Below the pieces are notes generated by a model that saw only the letters and a program-made list of their open reading frames with translations, searched no databases and was not told the origin of the DNA. This document shows positions 25,334 to 29,763 of a stretch of DNA of 29,763 bases, piece by piece (position 1 is the stretch's first letter; each line of letters starts with the position of its first letter). This stretch comes from a virus (taxonomy: Duplodnaviria; Caudoviricetes). A program made the position numbers and the translations under genes. The stretch lies in the IMG/VR virus record IMGVR_UViG_3300017913_000273, positions 1 to 29,763 of that record, one strand, 5' to 3'.

Positions 25334-26584
25334 ATGTATCTATCTGAAGAACTTCAGAAGAAGTGGCAGCCACTAATGGAACACGAAGGTTCAACACCTG
25401 TCGCTGACCCATATCGTAAGGCTGTTACCGCTATTCTTCTTGAAAACCAAGAGAAGGCACTTAAAGAGGAGCGTCATGCCCTTTCAGAAGCGCCACTAAA
25501 CGCTACTGGTAACGTACAAAACTACGACCCAGTATTAATTTCACTAGTACGCCGTGCAATGCCACAATTGATTGCATATGACGTATGTGGTGTACAACCA
25601 ATGACTGCACCAACTGGTCTTGTGTTCGCAATGCGTGCCAAGAACGGTGCAGGTTCAGAAGTATTCTACGATGAAGCCAACACTGGATTTTCTGGTACTG
25701 GTACTCCTCGTGGTACTAACCCAACTGTAGCAGACCCAGATGCAGCCGCTCCTGGTGGTTACACAACTGGTACTGGTATGGACACTGCTGATGCAGAAGA
25801 CCTAGGTGACGGAACTACTTTCAATGAGATGCAATTCTCTGTTGAAAAGATTTCTGTAACTGCTGTCTCTCGTGCATTGAAAGCAGAGTACACAACTGAA
25901 CTAGCACAAGACTTGAAAGCAGTTCACGGTCTTGACGCTGAAACTGAACTTGCAAACATTCTTTCTGCTGAAATTCTAGCAGAAGTTAACCGTGAAGTAA
26001 TGCGTACAATCTATCGTGTTGCTAAGAACGGTGGTTCAGGTGCAGACGGTTCATTCGACATCGAAAACGATGCTGATGGTCGTTGGTCAGTTGAAAAATT
26101 CAAGGGACTAATGTTCCAAATCGAGCGTGATTCCAACAAAATCGCTCGTGAAACTCGCCGTGGTAAAGGTAACTTCATCATCTGTTCCGCAGATGTTGCT
26201 TCAGCCCTAGCCATGACTGGTCTTCTTGAAAACAACCCACAAATGTCAACTGGTATCACCGTAGACGAAACTGGCAACACTTTTGCTGGTGTCCTAAACG
26301 GTCGTTACAAAGTGTACATTGACCCATATGCTGGCACAGACTTCTGTGTTGTTGGCTACAAAGGTCAAAACGCATATGACGCTGGTATCTTCTACTGCCC
26401 ATACGTACCACTACAGATGGTTCGTGCAGTAGGCGAGAACACATTCCAGCCTAAGATTGGCTTCAAAACACGCTACGGCATGGTTGCGAATCCATTCGCT
26501 GAAGGTACAACTGCAGGTAACGGCGCACTTACTAAGCGTGCCAACACTTACTACCGTATCTTCTCAGTATCAAACATTCTATAA
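25334..26584 (+). CDS. gp23: Major capsid protein gp23
   Basis: KWQPL, LLENQE, DPVLISLVRR..P.LIAYD.CGVQPM, SRALKAEY..ELAQDLKAVHGLDAE.EL, FQPKIGFKTRYG. Confidence 0.99.
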   Translation: MYLSEELQKKWQPLMEHEGSTPVADPYRKAVTAILLENQEKALKEERHALSEAPLNATGNVQNYDPVLISLVRRAMPQLIAYDVCGVQPMTAPTGLVFAMRAKNGAGSEVFYDEANTGFSGTGTPRGTNPTVADPDAAAPGGYTTGTGMDTADAEDLGDGTTFNEMQFSVEKISVTAVSRALKAEYTTELAQDLKAVHGLDAETELANILSAEILAEVNREVMRTIYRVAKNGGSGADGSFDIENDADGRWSVEKFKGLMFQIERDSNKIARETRRGKGNFIICSADVASALAMTGLLENNPQMSTGITVDETGNTFAGVLNGRYKVYIDPYAGTDFCVVGYKGQNAYDAGIFYCPYVPLQMVRAVGENTFQPKIGFKTRYGMVANPFAEGTTAGNGALTKRANTYYRIFSVSNIL

Positions 26585-26611
26585 GAATAAGATACTTAGT
26601 AGTAAAACTCG

Positions 26612-26642
26612 AAAGGGCGGTCTTCGGACTGCCCTTTTTTTT
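26612..26642 (+). terminator. Intrinsic terminator with a cUUCGg tetraloop
   Basis: AAAGGGCGGTC-TTCG-GACTGCCCTTT followed by a T run, directly after gp23. Confidence 0.95.
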
Positions 26643-26645
26643 GAT

Positions 26646-26653
26646 TATAAATA
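26646..26653 (+). promoter_or_regulatory. T4-type late promoter TATAAATA
   Basis: Exact consensus just after the terminator, upstream of gp3. Confidence 0.85.
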
Positions 26654-26680
26654 AATGTGTAGACGATAGGAGAAACTGAA

Positions 26681-27214
26681 ATGGCTGATGCTACACAAAA
26701 TTTGAACAAACTCTATCAATCGAACTTTAGGTTCGATATTCAACGTGCGCCTATCTTTTCAAGTTTTGCACAAAACGTACAACTACCATCAATCACACTA
26801 GGGGAAGCACAGCAAGGTACCCCATTGATTGATATCCCAATTCCTGGAGATAAACTAATCTATGGTGAGTTGTCTGTTGATTTTCTAGTTGATGAAGAAA
26901 TTCGTGGGTGGATGGAAATCCATAACTGGATGCGTAGTGCAGGTTACCCAGAAAGTACAGATGAATACGATAAACTAATCTATGCAGATGCAGTATTGAC
27001 TATTCTATCAAACACAATGAACCCACTAGTAAAAGTGACTTATTACGATTGCTATCCAACATCATTAGCAGAAATCTCTCTAAACTCACAAACATCTAGT
27101 GAAAGCGTTGTATCGAATGCGTCATTCAGATTTAGAAGTTATGACGTAGAACCGCTTATGGCTGGTTTAGACGAATACGAAACTATCAACACAACAATAG
27201 AATTAACATCATAG
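26681..27214 (+). CDS. gp3: Tail tube terminator / completion protein gp3
   Basis: N.L..SNFRF, Q.V.LP.I.LG, PGDKL.YGEL.V.FLVDE, EIHNW, CYPTSL. Confidence 0.9.
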   Translation: MADATQNLNKLYQSNFRFDIQRAPIFSSFAQNVQLPSITLGEAQQGTPLIDIPIPGDKLIYGELSVDFLVDEEIRGWMEIHNWMRSAGYPESTDEYDKLIYADAVLTILSNTMNPLVKVTYYDCYPTSLAEISLNSQTSSESVVSNASFRFRSYDVEPLMAGLDEYETINTTIELTS

Positions 27215-27221
27215 ATACAAT

Positions 27222-27276
27222 GATACATTGATATCAACACCTAGATAATAACAGGGTTGTCAAGTAAAGTCAAGGG
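27222..27276. repeat. 55-bp intergenic element, copy 2 (copy 1 at 8208..8262)
   Basis: Gapless alignment to copy 1 with 42/55 identities. Confidence 0.85.
27245..27273 (-). promoter_or_regulatory. Leftward (antisense) sigma70-type promoter
   Basis: The minus strand reads TTGACT (27273-27268), 17 nt, TATTAT (27250-27245), with extended -10 TGn; same register as copy 1. Confidence 0.6.
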
Positions 27277-27296
27277 AATATAATTTAATAAACCAC

Positions 27297-27325
27297 TTGA
27301 CAAATGACCTTAAAGGTGTTATATT
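27297..27325 (+). promoter_or_regulatory. Rightward sigma70-type (early) promoter for uvsY-uvsW
   Basis: TTGACA (27297-27302), 17 nt, TATATT (27320-27325), with extended -10 TG. Confidence 0.8.
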
Positions 27326-27359
27326 ACTAACTAAATGTACCATTGGCGTGGGGTGAAAA

Positions 27360-27803
27360 ATGAAATTAGAAGAAATACAAGATTTGTGGACTGAAGACTG
27401 CAACTGGCAAGATGACTTGCTTGATGAAGAACTTCTCAGAATTCCACGACTACATACTAAGTATTATAAGATTTTCTCACAAGAGAGATTACTTTTAGTC
27501 AAACTAAAAAGTGACATGAAAGTTCTCGTAGGTGAGAAGTGGGAATACTATCTCGGTGATATGCCGCAAGAAGACTTGCAAGAAAAAGGTTGGGAACCAT
27601 TTCTTAAAAAGCCACTCAAAGCAGATATACCCAGATATATAGAAGCAGATAAAGATATAATTGCACTTAACTTGAAAGTATCTTATCAACAGGAGAAAGT
27701 AGACTATTTGGATAGCATAATCAAATCGTTGACGGCTCGTGGTTACAATATCAAAGGCGCAATTGAGTGGCGCAAATTTACAAATATGAATGGAGCATTT
27801 TAA
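27360..27803 (+). CDS. uvsY: Recombination mediator protein UvsY
   Basis: LEEIQ..W..D, IP.LH.KY, KWEYY.G, YIEAD.D, RGYNIK.AIEW.KF; adjacent to uvsW. Confidence 0.92.
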   Translation: MKLEEIQDLWTEDCNWQDDLLDEELLRIPRLHTKYYKIFSQERLLLVKLKSDMKVLVGEKWEYYLGDMPQEDLQEKGWEPFLKKPLKADIPRYIEADKDIIALNLKVSYQQEKVDYLDSIIKSLTARGYNIKGAIEWRKFTNMNGAF

Positions 27804-28389
27804 GATGTACTTGAAAAACCCTTGTTTCATCCTGAACGAAGCGGCAGGATTACCATCACATGCATTAGACAGAACCAACAAATATGTTGATAATCTGAAA
27901 TTGCAACCCGCTGAAACTATCAAAAAATCAGGCGCAGGTGCGCCACCTCGTCAAAGTGGTGTAGCATTCTTAGAGTTTGCAAGAGATGTGCAATACTTGT
28001 ATGAGAATGTTGACAAACTTATTAAGCGTGGTAACCAACTCGCAGGTTGGAATTTCGAATATAACTATATCGAACCAATTCAGTATACAGTTTACGGAAA
28101 GGGTCAGTATTATGACTGGCACATCGATACTGGCGCATCAACTGCCGCACAGAAACGTAAGTTGTCATTCTCAATTCTACTGGATGATGAAGATAGTTTT
28201 GAAGGTGGTGACTTTCAAATCGAATGGGGTAACCCAAACGATGGCGAAGACAGAATCCACACTTTGAAACTCGGTAAAGCAGGTTCTATGGTTATCTTCC
28301 CCTCACACGTTTATCATCGTGTAACTGAAGTTACTAAAGGAACACGCCGCAGTCTAGTCGGTTGGGTTCATGGACCAAAATTCAAATAA
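27790..28389 (+). CDS. 2OG-Fe(II) oxygenase, prolyl-hydroxylase/PKHD-like
   Basis: QYTVY, YDWHID, RKLS, FEGGDF, FPSHVYHRVTEVTKGTRRSLVGW. The true start may be ATG 27805. Confidence 0.9.
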   Translation: MEHFKMYLKNPCFILNEAAGLPSHALDRTNKYVDNLKLQPAETIKKSGAGAPPRQSGVAFLEFARDVQYLYENVDKLIKRGNQLAGWNFEYNYIEPIQYTVYGKGQYYDWHIDTGASTAAQKRKLSFSILLDDEDSFEGGDFQIEWGNPNDGEDRIHTLKLGKAGSMVIFPSHVYHRVTEVTKGTRRSLVGWVHGPKFK

Positions 28390-29763
28390 AGAACAACTTG
28401 AGATTTCACAAGATAACTCAGTTCACATTCGAATAGATTGTGATGCTGGTACAGCATATGAGTTACAAGATTTCTTTACGTTTCAAGTCCCTGGTGCTAC
28501 ATTCATGCCCGCATATCGCAATAAGATGTGGGATGGAAAAATTCGTCTATACAACGTGTATACGAAAAGGCTCTACGCAGGACTGCTCCCATATGTTGAA
28601 GAATTCGCTCGGAGTAGGGGCTACGGTCTCTCCTTTGACGATAGTGTAGAGTTTGCTGAAGAGTTTTCTCTACATGAAGCGGAAGAGTTTAGCAAATCAC
28701 TTAATCTTCCGTTGACAGCAAGAGACTACCAACTTGACGCACTTACCCACGCCGTGCGGAATAGAAGGTGTCTCTTGTTGTCGCCTACTGCTTCAGGTAA
28801 ATCACTCATAATCTATCATCTTGTCAGATGGTACAATGCAAAAACTTTACTTGTTGTTCCGACAACATCTTTGGTACATCAGATGGTGTCAGACTTTGCA
28901 GAATATGGTTGGGATGTTGAAGCAAACTGTCACAAAGTAATGGCAGGACTAGATAAAGTATCAGACAAGCAAGTTATCGTATCAACTTGGCAATCGATTT
29001 ATAAGATGCCAAAAGAATACTTTGAGCAGTTTGATGTTGTGATAGGTGATGAAGCCCATCAATTCAAAGCCAAATCACTCGCAAGCATTATGGAAAAACT
29101 TGAAGATTGTAAATATCGCTTTGGATTAACAGGTACCTTAGATGGTACACAAACACACAAATTAGTCTTAGAGGGTCTATTTGGTGTTGTTGAGAAAGTG
29201 GTCACAACAAAAGAATTGATGGACAAAGGAAACTTAGCAGACTTCAAAATCAAAGTGCTTGCACTAAGATACCCAGAAGAAGTCTGCCAAGAAGTAGTCA
29301 ATCTGAAGTATCAACAAGAGATGGACTACATAGTTAAACATGAACAGCGAAACAGGTTTATTAGGAATTTGTCGCTCAGTCTGAAAGGAAATACCTTGTT
29401 GCTCTTTCAGTATGTAGAGAAGCATGGTAAATTATTGTATGAAGATATTAGTGAGAAAGCAGAAGAAAATCGGAAAGTATTCTTTGTCGCAGGGTCAGTT
29501 GACGCTGAAGACCGAGAAAATATTAGAGCGATTACTGAAGGCGAGGAGAATGCGATTATTGTGGCTTCATATGGCACGTTCAGTACGGGAATTAACATTC
29601 GCAATCTTCATAATATTATATTTGCTAGCCCAACGAAATCACGAATTAGGAATTTGCAATCTATTGGGCGTGGGTTGCGTCTAGGTGATAAAAAGGCTGA
29701 AGCAGTTCTCTTTGATATTGTGGACGACTTTCACTATAAGAGTAAAAAGAATTTTACGCTAGA
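28370..29763 (+). CDS. uvsW: SF2 DNA helicase UvsW, 3'-truncated; absent from the ORF track because it has no stop in the window
   Basis: Frame from ATG 28370 contains ELQDFFTFQVPG, WDGKIRL, RDYQ, SPTASGKS, GDEAH, GLTGT and QSIGRGLR; frame verified at three of these motifs. Confidence 0.96.
   Translation, partial: MDQNSNKEQLEISQDNSVHIRIDCDAGTAYELQDFFTFQVPGATFMPAYRNKMWDGKIRLYNVYTKRLYAGLLPYVEEFARSRGYGLSFDDSVEFAEEFSLHEAEEFSKSLNLPLTARDYQLDALTHAVRNRRCLLLSPTASGKSLIIYHLVRWYNAKTLLVVPTTSLVHQMVSDFAEYGWDVEANCHKVMAGLDKVSDKQVIVSTWQSIYKMPKEYFEQFDVVIGDEAHQFKAKSLASIMEKLEDCKYRFGLTGTLDGTQTHKLVLEGLFGVVEKVVTTKELMDKGNLADFKIKVLALRYPEEVCQEVVNLKYQQEMDYIVKHEQRNRFIRNLSLSLKGNTLLLFQYVEKHGKLLYEDISEKAEENRKVFFVAGSVDAEDRENIRAITEGEENAIIVASYGTFSTGINIRNLHNIIFASPTKSRIRNLQSIGRGLRLGDKKAEAVLFDIVDDFHYKSKKNFTL

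Noticed and set aside
1-29763. tRNA genes, CRISPR arrays, introns, homing endonucleases or alternative genetic code
   Set aside because: Intergenic gaps are short and explained by promoters and terminators, core genes are uninterrupted and of expected size, and TAA, TAG and TGA all serve as normal stops.

Overview
This window is a 29.8-kb segment of a T4-like myovirus genome, probably aquatic, with every credible gene on the + strand. (i) 1-8190 is a late-transcribed tail-fibre/receptor-binding cluster. One intact fibre (cupredoxin-like, knob, IPT, cadherin-like and beta-propeller domains) is followed by a paralog split in the middle of its cadherin-like domain into one anchor ORF and two alternative tip ORFs, then a coiled-coil protein and a fibre-chaperone-like protein. 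(ii) 8324-13012 is an accessory operon behind a host sigma70-type promoter, encoding four 2OG-Fe(II) oxygenases, a clear PrmB (ribosomal protein uL3 glutamine methyltransferase) homolog and a multi-pass membrane protein. (iii) 13082-27214 is the T4 core morphogenesis block: gp13-gp20, gp67/68-like proteins, gp21-gp23 and gp3. (iv) 27360-end holds uvsY, a fifth 2OG-Fe(II) oxygenase and a partial uvsW. The most notable observations are the split one-anchor/two-tip fibre, the divergent phage PrmB, a 55-bp back-to-back promoter cassette repeated at both late-to-early boundaries, and late promoters placed inside hairpins. All assignments come from motif recognition by eye; no database searches were run.
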